Assembly (NCBI RefSeq): GCF_006345805.1
Contig: NC_042998.1
Location: 22,878,001 to 22,942,000 of the forward strand
Direction of reading: 5' to 3'
DNA from: Octopus sinensis
Taxonomy: Eukaryota
Length of the DNA stretch: 64,000 nucleotides
Shown: positions 11,899 to 25,018 of the stretch, piece by piece
Layout of the letters: each line of letters opens with the position of its first letter
Position numbering within the stretch: position 1 is the stretch's first letter
The notes under the pieces: generated by a model
What the model was told of the DNA's origin: nothing
The model's database searches: none
The model's input: only the letters and a program-made list of their open reading frames with translations
Translations under genes and position numbers: made by a program

Positions 11899-12308
11899 CT
11901 CTCTCTCTCTTTACTTGTTTCAGTCATTTGACTGCGGCCATGCTGGAGCACCGCCTTTAGTCGAGCAAATCGACCCCGGGACTTATTCTTTGTAAGCCCA
12001 GTACTTATTCTATCGGTCTCTTTTGCCGAACCGCTAAGTGACGAGGACGTAAACACACCAGCATCGGTTGTCAAGCAATGCTAGGGAGACAAACACAGAC
12101 ACACAAACACATACACACACATACATATATATATATACATATATACGACAGGCTTCTTTCAGTTTCCGTCTACCAAATCCACTCACAAGGCTTTGGTCGG
12201 CCCGAGGCTATAACAGAAGACACTTGCCCAAGATGCCACGCAGTGGGACTGAATCCGGAACCATGTGGTTGGTTAGCAAGCTACTTACCACACAGCCACT
12301 CCTGCGCC
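11899..12308 (-). mobile_element. SINE family A, full length
   Basis: Complete from ggcgcaggagtggctg to the aaagag tail. Confidence 0.9.
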
Positions 12309-12774
12309 TATGATCGTTAAAAATGTATTTTTCAGAAAGTTATAAAGAAGCAAGTTCTGCCCTATTTATACACGTGTATATATTTACAAACAAGATCTAC
12401 ACGCACATGCATATATTGTGTATATTGTGTGTATACATACACAAACAAATGATAAACCTTATAACGACAATATGTAAAGACCATTATTTAATAAACAATA
12501 TGTAATGACCACTATTTATACCTTGTTTTGTTTGTCATACTGTGTAAAGGACCAGCATAACAGGGAAAACAGCCATGGATTTACAACAGAGAATGGAGAC
12601 AAACTACAAACCTCAGACCTTGTCATAAGCAAACATGGAGTTCTTTGCTAATCGAAAGCATTTTGTTGGTCTGGTGTATTTGCATTAACAGAAAGCTTAT
12701 AAAGTATTTTGACTGCTAATCCTTCATTAATACTCTTTGTTTATATATCTGTATATACATACATACATACATAT

Positions 12775-12881
<107 letters not shown>

Positions 12882-13112
12882 TATTGTGTCTGTGTATATT
12901 GTAATCATCGGTGTTTTATATAGACATATGTTTTATGTTATTGATAACACTTAGTGAATGGAACTGTAGTGATGCCAGAAGGAACTAATGTCATCAGACA
13001 CTATTCAACAGTCATATATACATGCATGTGTCTGTTTGTACACACACACATACACACATTCATACATACATGCATACATATATATATATATATATATTTA
13101 TATCTATCTACC

Positions 13113-13147
<35 letters not shown>

Positions 13148-13154
13148 ATGTATG

Positions 13155-13216
<62 letters not shown>

Positions 13217-13729
13217 ATATGTATGTATGTATATGTATATATATATGTATGTATGTATATGTATATATATAATAGCTCAATATATTTTGTATTCATTCTG
13301 TGCATATCACTCATCGATTGCACTACACTCAAACAAAGCAAGTGCTGAAGTAGTAGTAGTAGTAGTAGCAGCACCACCACCACCACCACCACCACCAACC
13401 CCACCTCCCCCACAACCACTAGCAGCAGCAGCAGCAGCTATTACACTCATTCATCATTGAACAGTGTGAATGCTGTTGTGTTGTTGTTGTTTTTTGTTTG
13501 TTCCCCCTCCCCTTCCCTTTATTCAAACAACAAGTCCCATTCTTCCCCACCCACCCCCGAACATGGAGAGGACTGTTTTTTCAGTGACAGATTATTGACC
13601 ACGGGACAGCACTGCGTATCCTGTTCTTGTAGTTTACCTGAGCTGTCCCTTATTGATTTTGCATTATTATCCCTTGCTCATTACCTGAGCACCCATCTCT
13701 GCTACCACCACCCCCACCACCACCACTAT

Positions 13730-15470
13730 TATCAGTGTTATAGCTAACATCACTAATATCACTACCAACTCTGCTGCTAAGTGTTACTAAGTGTCACTAA
13801 GTGTTACTAAGTGTTGGTAAGTGTTAACACTTACTATCTGTCCTTCGTACTTCTGTTCTCTCTTATCACTGTTACTCCTACCACCTGTTGCTCTTGGCTC
13901 TTACCACTACCACTGCCAATCAGCCATGCCATCGGTTCTTACCTTTCTGTTCCAACAACCACCATCTTACTACCACCCATACAACTATCCACACCACAGC
14001 TACTGCTGCTGCTGTTGTTGCTGCTGCTGCTGCTGTTGCTGCCACCACCACCACCATCACCACCATCACCACCACCCCACCATCACCACCAGCACCAGTA
14101 CCACTACCACCACCATCACCATCTTCAATACCACCACCACTACTACTATCTCCACTACCACCACCGTTTATTGTAACTATTACCACTACCTCTGCTACCA
14201 CCTTAACCACCACCCACTACTACCAACACTTGCTACCATTTAGCACCACAACCAACAATACCACTAGTTTCTGCCAATACCTAAACTATCACCACTATCA
14301 CCACCACCCCCACAGTAAATACTACTACTACCTCTACTATAGCCACAACTGTTACCACATACCACTACAACCACCACTACAGCCTTTACTATAACCCTCT
14401 CCATATTACTATTCATTGCAATGACTACTACCACTCCTTAGCACTAACTACCACTACTACTATCACCAACACTATCACCATTGCCATCACTAACTACTAC
14501 ATACTTATTACTGTAGATAGTATATGCTATCACCACTAACCACTATTACCACAACCACCACCACTACCACTACCATCACAACCACCTCTGCCATGCACTA
14601 TCACCTCCACAGCCCACGACTGCTACCATCCACTACAACTACCTCTACAATCCCTGCCACTATCACTGTCTACAACCACCTCTGCCTTTGTCTACTGCTA
14701 CAAACGACCCCCACCTTCATCAATGCCACCACCACTAAAATCACCTCAACCATCACTGCTACCACAACCATCACCACTATCACCCACTACAACCACAACC
14801 ACCACCACCACAGCTACAACTTCCAACACCACCACCACCACAGCCACCACTACCACAACTACTACCTCCAACACCACCAGCATCACTACAACCACCAATG
14901 CCGCCACCACACCATCACTACGGTCACCACCACAACTACCACCTCCAACACCATCACCACCACTACCACAACTACACCTCCAACGCCACCAGCACCACTA
15001 CAACTACCAATGCCACCACCACCACCATTACAATCACCACCACAACTACCACCTCCAACACCACCACTACCACTACAACCACCACCACCACAACCACCAT
15101 TACCACAACTACCATCTCCTGCACCACCAGCATCACTACAACCAACAATGCCACCACCACCACCACCATCACTACGGTCACCACCACAACTACCACCTCC
15201 AACACCATCACCACCACTACCACATCTACACCTCCAACGCCACCAGCACCACCACCACAACTACGATCACCACCACAATTACTACCTCTGCCACCACCAT
15301 CACCTCCAACACCACCACTGTCACTTCCTCGACATCCACCACCACCACCACAACCAACACTACCATCACCTCTACTATCCACTACCACCACCATCATCTT
15401 CCACTACAGCCACTGCCACTACAACCATCTACTACCACCTCCACCACAACCACAAACCACCACCACCAGA
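13730..15470. repeat. Long ACC/CAC/ACT triplet low-complexity tract with internal ~90-bp duplications
   Basis: Direct reading; block caccaccatcactacggtcacc...cctccaacgccaccagcaccac recurs at about 14907 and 15163. Confidence 0.9.
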
Positions 15471-15499
15471 TAAAAAGGTTATTTGTTTTGCTTGTTTGC

Positions 15500-16179
15500 T
15501 TTTAACATGTTTTGTTTTGTTTTTGTTGTATTTGTATTTTAACAAGTCAACATCATCGCTGTGTGTGTGTGTGTATATATACATATGTACAATTTTATGT
15601 GCGTGTGTGTAAGTGTATGTACATGTATATGTATGTGTTGCCTACATTTATGTATGTGTGCATGTGTGTAAGCTTATATGTGTATCTGTATATATACATG
15701 TGTGTGTTTGTACATGTGTGTGTGTATGTGTATATGTATGTATACCTGAGCATCTGTATATATAAATGTGAGTATATGTGTGTGTGTTTGTACATGTGTG
15801 TGTGTATGTGTATATGTATGTATACCTGAGCATCTGTATATATGAGTGTGAGTATATGTGTGTGTGTGTGTATGTGTGTGTGTACATGAACATCTGTATA
15901 TATGAGTGTGAGTATATGTGTATGTGTATGTGTGTATATGCATGAGGTGTGTCCTTAAATATAGAAGTGCATATATGTATGAATACATGTATGTATATAT
16001 GTGTATATATGGATATATATATATATGTGTGTGTATGTGTGTGTGGATGTACATATGCCTATATGCATGTGTATACTATATTAATGTGTGTGCACGTGCA
16101 TTTACATGTATGTATATATGTATGTGTATGTATGTGTATATATGTGTATTCATACGCATATATGAGCATATGTTCATAT

Positions 16180-16214
<35 letters not shown>

Positions 16215-16485
16215 TATGTGCACATGCATATGGTGTGTACTTAGATATATATATGTGTATATATATATTATATATATATATATATATATGCATACAGATG
16301 TCTGTATATACATGTACATATATATATATATATATATTATATAGATATGTGTGTGTATGCATGAGTGTACATGTGTACACGTCTGTGTGTATGCATCCAT
16401 GTGTGTGTGTGTGTGTGTGTGTGTGCGTGCACGCGTGTGTGTGCGTGCACGCGTGTGTGTGTGTGTGTTGTGTGTGTGTGTGTGT

Positions 16486-16525
<40 letters not shown>

Positions 16526-16686
16526 TGTGTGTGTGTGTGTGTGCGCTACACTTCTACTATAACAGCTGGAAACTTGACTTCCACTCTACTCCAGACTAAA
16601 TCAATAGATTGCATTTATGAAACTTAGTCAATAAATCATCTTACAAATATTTCATAACTTTCAGTTATTATTTTTATCCTCATCAC

Positions 16687-16721
<35 letters not shown>

Positions 16722-16910
16722 CCACCATCACCACCATCATCATCATCATCATCATCGCCGTCATCGTCATCATCACCGTCACCATCATCAACATTATCAA
16801 GATCATCTTCATCTTCCACATTATCATTGTTATTAGTATTATTGTTTTCTTAGCCTATTTAACTATAAGTTAAATGTCATATTTTTAATATACATACATA
16901 TATGTATACA

Positions 16911-16987
<77 letters not shown>

Positions 16988-17026
16988 TGATAGATAGATA
17001 AATATAGATATACACATATATCATAT

Positions 17027-17064
<38 letters not shown>

Positions 17065-17128
17065 AACATGCAAACACATCAATATATATATACATACATA
17101 TATACATATATATATGTATATATATATA

Positions 17129-17197
<69 letters not shown>

Positions 17198-17200
17198 CAG
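15500..17200. repeat. Compound (TG)n/(TA)n/(ATC)n/(GATA)n microsatellite field
   Basis: Direct reading. Confidence 0.95.
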
Positions 17201-18006
17201 AGACATGTATGTATATGCGTATATTTGTGGGTTATTTACCTTTTATAACAGTTTAAATATAAAACTTACCAACAATCGCTTCTGCAACACTATTCCTACA
17301 AAGAAAATGGTATTCTTTTAAATAATTTGGCACAGAAATGTACTCAAAGGAATTTTTTTTTATCCATTTCTTTATTGGAATTCAATTATTTCCACCACCC
17401 ACTCCTCTCTCTCTCTTTCTCTCTTTCTCTCTCTCTTTCTTTGTCTCTCTCTTTCTCTATCTCTCTCTCTCTCTGTCACAGAATTTTTTTTTCTCCCTTT
17501 GTAATACCACTCTTCTGTAGTGGAAAGGAAATGAGGTAGTTGCATAGGTGATGTAACAACTGAAATTGCAGAAACAAGTAAAGATTAAGAATATTCTTTT
17601 ACCATTCATCTCTAAATTGAAAACAGACCAACAGCTCACTCAGTCTACACAGAATGTGTGAAAAAAAATTTTGGTGCCATGCAACATTCATAACTTTTCT
17701 AACATAACAATAGTATAGTAACAACAACAAAAATTATAAATAAAGAATAAAAAAGATTCTTTTTTGAAGAAAAAAGAAAACAAGATGAATTCTTCAAAAT
17801 ATGTATTTTTTTTAATTGAAAAAATTGATGAAAAATCAAATAATTTTTTTTTTAGTTTTCTTTGAGTTTAAACCATATGGCACAGAAAGGAATTAGGATG
17901 GCATAAGTATGTCACAAATCACATTCTGACACAAAAAATTCTAACAGTATTTCTATTATGGTAAGTCATAGTCAAACACGGTCACAGATATGAAAAACAT
18001 AACCAA

Positions 18007-18401
18007 TCTCTCTATATATATAAAGCTGAAGTTGTCTGTGTATGGCAGGTTTGGTAGCCTTCAACTAACACTATCTCCTCCGAGACCCTGTGGCGCATGT
18101 TGACCAAAATTGAGAGTATGATAGAAGAAGGCTTGCTCTTCATTCCGTAGAAGAAAAAATTCAAATCAGACCATGTTAACACCAAACTTTATTTACATCA
18201 AAAAGGTGCTTTTTTTCTATGAAAATCCCTATTTTTTTACGATTTTTTGACTGCTATGTCACCATTTTTCGGTGTATTTCAACCAGAAAACTGTTCACTT
18301 AAAGAGAATAACAAGTTACATAATGCAAAATTTTTACTTTTCAAAAATTCTTATTCTAAAGGCTCGAAACAAACCCGAGCAACGCCAGGCAATACTGCTA
18401 G
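18007..18401 (+). mobile_element. Non-autonomous Helitron H1
   Basis: A|TCtctctatatata 5' end; 3' hairpin cccgagcaacgccagg then CTAG|T. Confidence 0.85.
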
Positions 18402-18677
18402 TATCTAAAAAAGATGAAGTTTACTAAATTGCACCAACAACATTGATTTTTTTTTAGAAGATTTTCTCAAGGGAGCAGACTCTTCTATACTAAAGCTTTC
18501 GTCCTAGACAACTGAATTTGGTCTAGTATATTACTGGTATTTATTTTATCCACCTGACAGAAAAAAAGAAGACAAACTTGATTCTGTCAGAATTGGTGCC
18601 ATGTAAAAAGCACTCTTGCAGGGCCATTATCAAGACATCAAACAAATGCTTTACAGTAAATATTTTTATTATTTACA

Positions 18678-19575
18678 TTCATCATCATTATCATTGTCAT
18701 CATCATCATTTATTGTCTGTTTTCCATGTTGGCATGTGTTGGACAGTTTGACAGGAGCAAGCAACACCAGAGAGCTGCACCAGGCTCCAGTTGTTAGTTT
18801 TGGCATGGTTTCTATGGCTGAATGTCCTTCCTAATGCCAACTGCCTTATAGAGTGTACTGGATACTTTTTATATGACACCAGCACAGGTGCTTCTTGCAT
18901 GGTACCAGCATGGTACCCAGCAGAGGTGCTTTTGACAGGGCAACAACTCAGATGCTTTTTATATGGCACCAGCATGGGTACTTTTTACATGGCACCCACA
19001 CAGGTACTTTATAAATGGCACCAGCACAGGTGCTTTTTACATGGTACCAGCATGGGGGTCTTGTTATGTGACACCAGCAGAGGTGCTCTTTACATGGCAC
19101 CAGCACAGGTACTTCTTACATGGTACCAGCATGGGTTTTTTTATGTGACATCAGCAGAGGTGCTTTTGACATGGTACCAGCACAGGTGCTTTTTATATGG
19201 CACCAGCATGGGTACCTTTTACATGGCACCCACACAGGCACTTTATAAATGGCACCAGAACAGGTGCTTTTTACATGGTACCAGCATGGGGTCTTGTTAT
19301 GCAACACCAGCAGAGGTGCTCTTTACATGGCACCAGCACAGATGCTTTTGACATGGCACCAGCACTGGTGCTTTTTATATGGCACCAGCATGGGTACCTT
19401 TTACATGGTACCCACACAGGTGCTTTTTACATGGTACCAGCACAGGTGCTTTTTATATGGCACCAGCATGGGTACTTTTTACATGGCACCCACACAGGCA
19501 CTTTATAAATGGTACCAGCATAGGTGCTTTTTACATGGTACCAGCATGGGTGCTTGTTATGTGACACCAGCATGA
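18678..19575 (-). mobile_element. RTE 3' end (family C) with expanded ~22-bp tandem array (18870-19575)
   Basis: (ATC)n tail and ccttcctaatgccaac terminus, then repeats of atggcaccagcacaggtgcttttt with higher-order blocks. Confidence 0.8.
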
Positions 19576-20329
19576 GTGTTTTTTCTGACTTCAAATTCTG
19601 CCAAAGTGTCAATGGCCAGAGCTAGTCACTTGACAATGTGAGCACACAGACCAACACGCAATTGGCCAGCATGTGTAGATAAGCTTACAACCAGCCTTAA
19701 TAAAACTTAGCCTCTGCATCCTTCTGAAGCTTCATCCAACAGTAGATCAAAAACAACTGAATGAAATAGGTAAAAATATATATATTCCTCCAGTGCCAAG
19801 GTAATTCTACAGTTCATCTGAATCAACTTAGCCAGAATTAACTGGTTCCCTAATTTACCAGCTTGATGATGCAAGATGATGCAGGGAACAACAAGTGAGC
19901 TTCAATGGGGTCAATTCACCTGTTAGAAATAGCAGCTAAATCTCACTCGATTACACCAGTTCTGTCTTGGAAAGAAGAGATGATTGTATATTTAGTCCTA
20001 GATATGCAATGCCTCAGAGAACACAGTTCCATGATTGAGGATGGAATACTTTTGATCATAGTTTTGCTCATAGGGAAGGCATTCAAATGATAATAGGGTT
20101 TTTTTTTCTCCTTCCATCTCTTTCGTACATTCACACAAGCACACAACACGAATCACATGCACAAACATGTTTGTATGGATTGATGAATGTATTTACAAAT
20201 GGGGGAAAATGGTATTCAATACATATGTAATAGGGTTTGTATGTACGTTTATTAGAAGCTAACGCTTCTTCAATCACGATTCTGAGTTTTGATGGAACTA
20301 TGTAATAAGTTACAAAAACAAACTACTTA

Positions 20330-20340
20330 ATATATATATG

Positions 20341-20373
<33 letters not shown>

Positions 20374-20425
20374 GTATTATATTTATATATATGTATATAT
20401 ATATATGCATGTATGTATGTATATT

Positions 20426-20468
<43 letters not shown>

Positions 20469-20772
20469 CTATGTATGTATGTAATGTATATTTATATATA
20501 TGTATATATATATATGTATGTATGTATGTATATTTATATATATGTATATATGTATGTATGTATGTATATTTATATATAGATATATAATAATATTATAATA
20601 ATGTATATATATAATGTATATATATATATATATATATGTATATATAATGTATAATATTATGTATATATATATATATATATATATGTATAATATATATATA
20701 TATATATATGTATGTATATATATTATGTATGTATATATATATGTGTGTTATATGTATATATATATGTGTGTA

Positions 20773-20812
<40 letters not shown>

Positions 20813-20832
20813 TATATATGTGTGTATATATA

Positions 20833-20863
<31 letters not shown>

Positions 20864-20870
20864 TATATAC
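20330..20870. repeat. (TA)n/(TATG)n microsatellite
   Basis: Direct reading. Confidence 0.95.
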
Positions 20871-21085
20871 ACACGCATGCTTATATTTGCATGCATACAT
20901 GCATACGTATGTGTGCATGTGACAGTGTGGTTCCTGTTGTCACAATATAAAAGAAGACAAGTTGTTTATGGCTGGAGAAGCTGAGATCATAGGAAGAGCA
21001 AATTTAATAATACATTCTTAAACATGCTATACGTTAATAAAAGATGCATTGGTAACAGTTGACAGGGCTTTTATCATGGGTTTAC

Positions 21086-21152
21086 TTGATTAAGGTTCAA
21101 CAGGACCAAACAACAAGAATATTGGAAGAGCATTCCATTATAAGCACTACAC
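21086..21152 (-). CDS. Candidate internal coding exon of an unidentified host gene (xCSAYNGMLFQYSCCLVLLNLNQ)
   Basis: 67 nt in unique sequence; acceptor tctgtcctgtttgtgcag|G, donor CAA|gtaaac; one open frame. No homology recognised. Confidence 0.3.
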
Positions 21153-21333
21153 CTGCACAAACAGGACAGATTACATATATGGAATAAAACAATTTCATTA
21201 ACTGCGGGCGGCTTCTAAACTTTCCTATGCAAACGGGGATTTTTAACTCAATATTTACATGCTTTCATTTGTACCTTTATATGCCTCAAGATCCAATGTC
21301 CTAAGAAATAATTATTTCATATTTACACACACG

Positions 21334-21365
<32 letters not shown>

Positions 21366-21624
21366 CACATAAATGTACACATGTTGAAACGTTAATCCCT
21401 ATGCATTCTTTTCTCTCTCTGTTTTTGCTTTTGTTTTATTTTCAATTCTCTCTCCATTTTTTTCCTCTCGACTCTTTTTGTTGAAGAGTGTAGCTTTGAA
21501 ACATCAAAGACTTTCCCATTCTTCCTGAGCGTCAAACTAATACACCTGCTTGTTGTTCCCTTACCTGTCTTCATATTTTGCTTTCTGTAAATTTAAACTA
21601 TATATATATATATATATATATATT

Positions 21625-21925
21625 GATGCGCAATAGCCCAGTGGTTGGGGCAGTGGACTTGCGGTTGTAGGATCGCAGTTTCGATTCCCAGACAGGGCGT
21701 TATAAGTGTTTATTGAAGCGAAAACACCTAAAAGCTCAACGTGGCTCCAGCAGGGGGTGGTAGCAATCCCTGCTGTACTCTTTCGCCACAACTTTCTCTC
21801 ACTCTTTCTTCTGTTGGCCAGCTCACTTAGCCAGCGGGGTGGCATCATTTGAAGGCTAAAACATTGCGAAGCGCATTGTGACTAGCGATGTGTAGCAACA
21901 TCTGATAACCTGGTCAATCATGGTG
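21625..21925 (+). mobile_element. SINE with family E head and a different 3' tail
   Basis: Head matches 3463-3640; diverges after ctctcactct into ggccagctcacttagccagcgggg...gatggtgat. Confidence 0.75.
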
Positions 21926-21949
21926 ATGGTGATATACATATATATATAT

Positions 21950-22285
21950 GAAGGCGCATGGCTCAGTGGTTAGAGCATCGAACTTACAGCCGCCATGAGG
22001 TTGTGAGTTCGAATCTCGGACCAGGCTGTGAGTTGTGTTCTTGAGCAAGACACTTTATTTCATGTTGCTCCAGTTCACTCAGCTGTAGAAATGAGTTGCG
22101 ATGTCACAAGTGCCCAGCTGTATTGGCCTTTGCCTTTCCCTTGGATAACATCAGTGGTGTGGAGAGGGGAAGCTGGTATGCATGGGTGACTGCTGGTCTT
22201 TCATAAACAACCTTGCCCAGACTTGTACCTCAGAGGGTAACTTTCTCGGTGCAATCCCATGGTCATTTGTGACCGAAGGGGGTTT
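21950..22285 (+). mobile_element. tRNA-derived CORE-like SINE family D
   Basis: ggcgcatggctcagtggttagagc (A box), gagttcgaatc (B box), tgttcttgagcaagacacttt (CORE-like). Confidence 0.85.
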
Positions 22286-22373
22286 CCGATATACTGGATA
22301 GTAAAATGAATGGTTTACACCTGGTAGCTTACTAGTAAAGCACGGTCACTTTCACAATGATCGTTATGAATAA

Positions 22374-22701
22374 GGTAAATGAAAGACAGAAGATGGAATA
22401 TACAAGAATTTATTGTTAATCACAACAATTGTTTCAACACATTTAGCACAAATATCCCTCATGGAATATTTCCTTCACTTTGCTGCTTTTCTTTCTATGA
22501 AACGAGAAGATACAGTGCGGAACTGTTATTGTAAAGAGTTGTGTCTATTTATCACCTGATGAAACACATCTGTACTGTCAGATGCTCCTGAACCAGTTGT
22601 TAAGTGTCCCATCCATGAGGGATCAATGCTAGATGTGTTGAAACAATTGTCATGATTAATAATAAATTCTCATATAGTCCATCTTCTGTCTTTCATTTAC
22701 C
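22374..22701 (+). mobile_element. PLE-like terminal repeat (family P3) with divergent inverted partial copy
   Basis: 22374-22465 is the reverse complement of 22612-22701; a hammerhead motif lies in the + copy. Confidence 0.75.
22551..22656 (+). ncRNA. Type I hammerhead ribozyme motif with long stem II
   Basis: atcac CTGATGA aacacatct[59 nt]agatgtgtt GAA ACAATTGT C atgat: perfect 9-bp stem II, palindromic stem III, stem I with one mismatch. Confidence 0.8.
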
Positions 22702-23099
22702 ATATATTTATATATATATATATATATATATGGTTATATATATATGGTGATTGTTCCATTATCATAGATGACATCTACCATATATATAACATAAAGATGA
22801 AATGAAAGAACAACAAACAGTATATTAGGTTGACACTTGGGAAAAATAGAACAAGTCTTTAACATTTTGAACACACACTCTTCTACAGAAAAGATAGAAG
22901 AGGACTGAGAAAAGATGGAAAGAAAAAAGAACATACCTGACTTAAATGTTAAGGCACACACACACGCACACATATGTATGTATGTTTGTATAATTGCCAA
23001 GAATTTGTTTAATATATAAATTGGTCAATCCAGTAGTGTTAGACCACTAAATTTATAGATATTTAAGCAAAGCATTTGTGGATAGTAGAAGGGTTGGAT

Positions 23100-23145
23100 G
23101 TGGTACTGATGAAAGAGCAATGATTCTTGAAATGTGAATATACAC
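23100..23145 (+). ncRNA. Degenerate minimal hammerhead motif
   Basis: gtggta CTGATGA aagag caatga ttctt GAA ATGTGAAT A tacac: stem II 4 WC pairs + GU; stem I bulged; stem III imperfect. Confidence 0.5.
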
Positions 23146-23285
23146 CTATTACATATTTTTCTACCTTCAATCACATTGTTTACATAGACATATTCAATTA
23201 TGAAATTTCTTAACTTGCTGTGCTGGCTCTGAATTCTACAGGAAATCTAAAGAGAAACACTTAAAAGTTTGTATTTGTGTATACA

Positions 23286-23680
23286 GGCGCAGGAGTGGTT
23301 GTGTGGTAAGTAGCTTGCTTACCAACCACATGGTTCCAGCTTCAGCCCCACTGCATGGCACCTTGGGAAAGTGTCTTCTACTATAGCCTCTGTCTGAAAA
23401 AAGCCTTGTGAGTGGATTTGGTAGACGGAAACTGCAAGAAACCTGTCTTGTGTGTGTGTGTGTGTGTGTGTATGTGTGTGTTTGTGTGTCTGTGTTTATC
23501 CTCACACCATCACTTGACAACCGATGTTGGTGTGTTCATATCCCCGTAACTTAGCAGTTCAGTAAAGGAGACCGATAGAATAATTACTAGGCTTACAAAG
23601 AATAAGTCCTGGGTCAATTTGCTCAAGGCGGTGCTCCAGCATGGCTGCAGTCAAATGACTAAAACAAGTAAAAGAATAAA
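23286..23680 (+). mobile_element. SINE family A, full length
   Basis: Consensus match. Confidence 0.9.
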
Positions 23681-24149
23681 AAAATATGTACGTGTTTCAT
23701 TTATTTAAGTTCTTCTTAAGAGAATTCAAGCTGACCATTAACAAACCAACAAACTCTTTGAGGTAAGACAGTACCTGGTGTTTGTAAATATGTGGTTGAG
23801 CTGATTCCAGGTTCTTTTATTGTCATGGAGTATGTATAGTAAATTTTTCACATGGTATGTATTTCACTGATTATTGCTATGATCTTACCAAAAATGGTTG
23901 TTTCTTCTCATTTACTCAAAGAAGATAACCATTTCTTTTACCAGGTTTGTATTAATGGCAAAAATTACACGGGATAGGATTCATTATCTGAGAGAACGAA
24001 TAATCCTTTATGCCAACATGCCTGTATTTGACACCTTGATTTTTATGTATATATGTATGTTTATGAGTTATCGGACAAGTGAAAGAAGTGGCACTGAACA
24101 CACATTTTTAAATAACAGTTGGACTCAACTCTATATCACTGAAAGTTTC

Positions 24150-24632
24150 ATCTTGTATACACAAAAATCTCTAAGTCGTATGGAACTGGATAGAATAGCT
24201 CTCAGAAACAGACCACGTACGAATTCGTTCTTCACAACACCTGGAGCTGCTTTCAGATATGATCCATCCCATTCTTATAAACATGATAATTCTGTCCAAA
24301 TTGGTGTGCTAAACTCTACTTGTTGTTTATGTAAAGCTTTAAAATTTACTCGGCCGTTTGCCAGCCTCGTCTGGCACCTGTGCTGGTGGCACATAAAAAG
24401 CACCCACTACACTCACGGAGTGGTTGGCATTAGGAAGAGCATCCAGCTGTAGAAACACTGCCAGATCAGACTGGAGCCTGGTGCAGCCTTTTGGCTTCCC
24501 AGACCCCAGTTGAACCGTCCAACCCATGCTAGCATAGAAAGCGGACGTTAAATGATGATGATGATGATGATGAAATGTTTTGTTGTCAATACTGCATTTT
24601 CCTGTATCACCTGTTTCAACATTAATGTATAT
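24150..24632 (+). mobile_element. Deleted Helitron fragment (same family as 38439-40554) split by an RTE 3' end at 24346-24572
   Basis: 24194-24345 matches ~39784-39934; 24573-24630 matches ~40438-40495. Confidence 0.8.
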
Positions 24633-24642
24633 ATATATATAT

Positions 24643-24925
24643 ATCATCATCATCATCATTGTTTAACGTCCACTTTCCATGCTAGCACAGGTTGAACGGT
24701 TCGACCAGGGTCTGGGAAGCCAGGAGGCTGTGCCAGGCTCCAGTCTGATCTGGCAGTGTTTCTACAGCTGGATGCCCTTCCTAACGCCAACCACTCAGTG
24801 AGTGTAGTGGGTGCTTTTTACATGCCACCAGCACAGGAGCCAGAGGAGGCTGGCAAAGGGCTACGATTGGTTGGTGCTTTTTACGTGTCACCAACATGGA
24901 TGCCAGTCAGGCAGCACTGGCATCA
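24643..24925 (-). mobile_element. RTE 3' end (family C)
   Basis: (ATC)n tail, gtttaacgtccactttccatgctagc...ccttcctaacgccaacc. Confidence 0.85.
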
Positions 24926-24927
24926 GC

Positions 24928-24959
<32 letters not shown>

Positions 24960-25018
24960 ATATATATATATATAAATGTATGTATGTGTGCACACACACA
25001 TATGCACATATATATATA

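Noticed and set aside
14524-16627. ORFs of 100-362 aa (poly-T/H/P, YI/CV repeats)
   Set aside because: Microsatellite read-through; the same applies to ORFs at 25953-26914, 27958-28477 and 51081-51752.
21950-22030. tRNA gene (also other SINE heads)
   Set aside because: A and B boxes are present but there is no complete cloverleaf, and each runs into a SINE body.
23942-23987. Minus-strand exon with good acceptor and donor
   Set aside because: Stop codons in all three frames; could only be non-coding or a poison exon, and there is no evidence for either.
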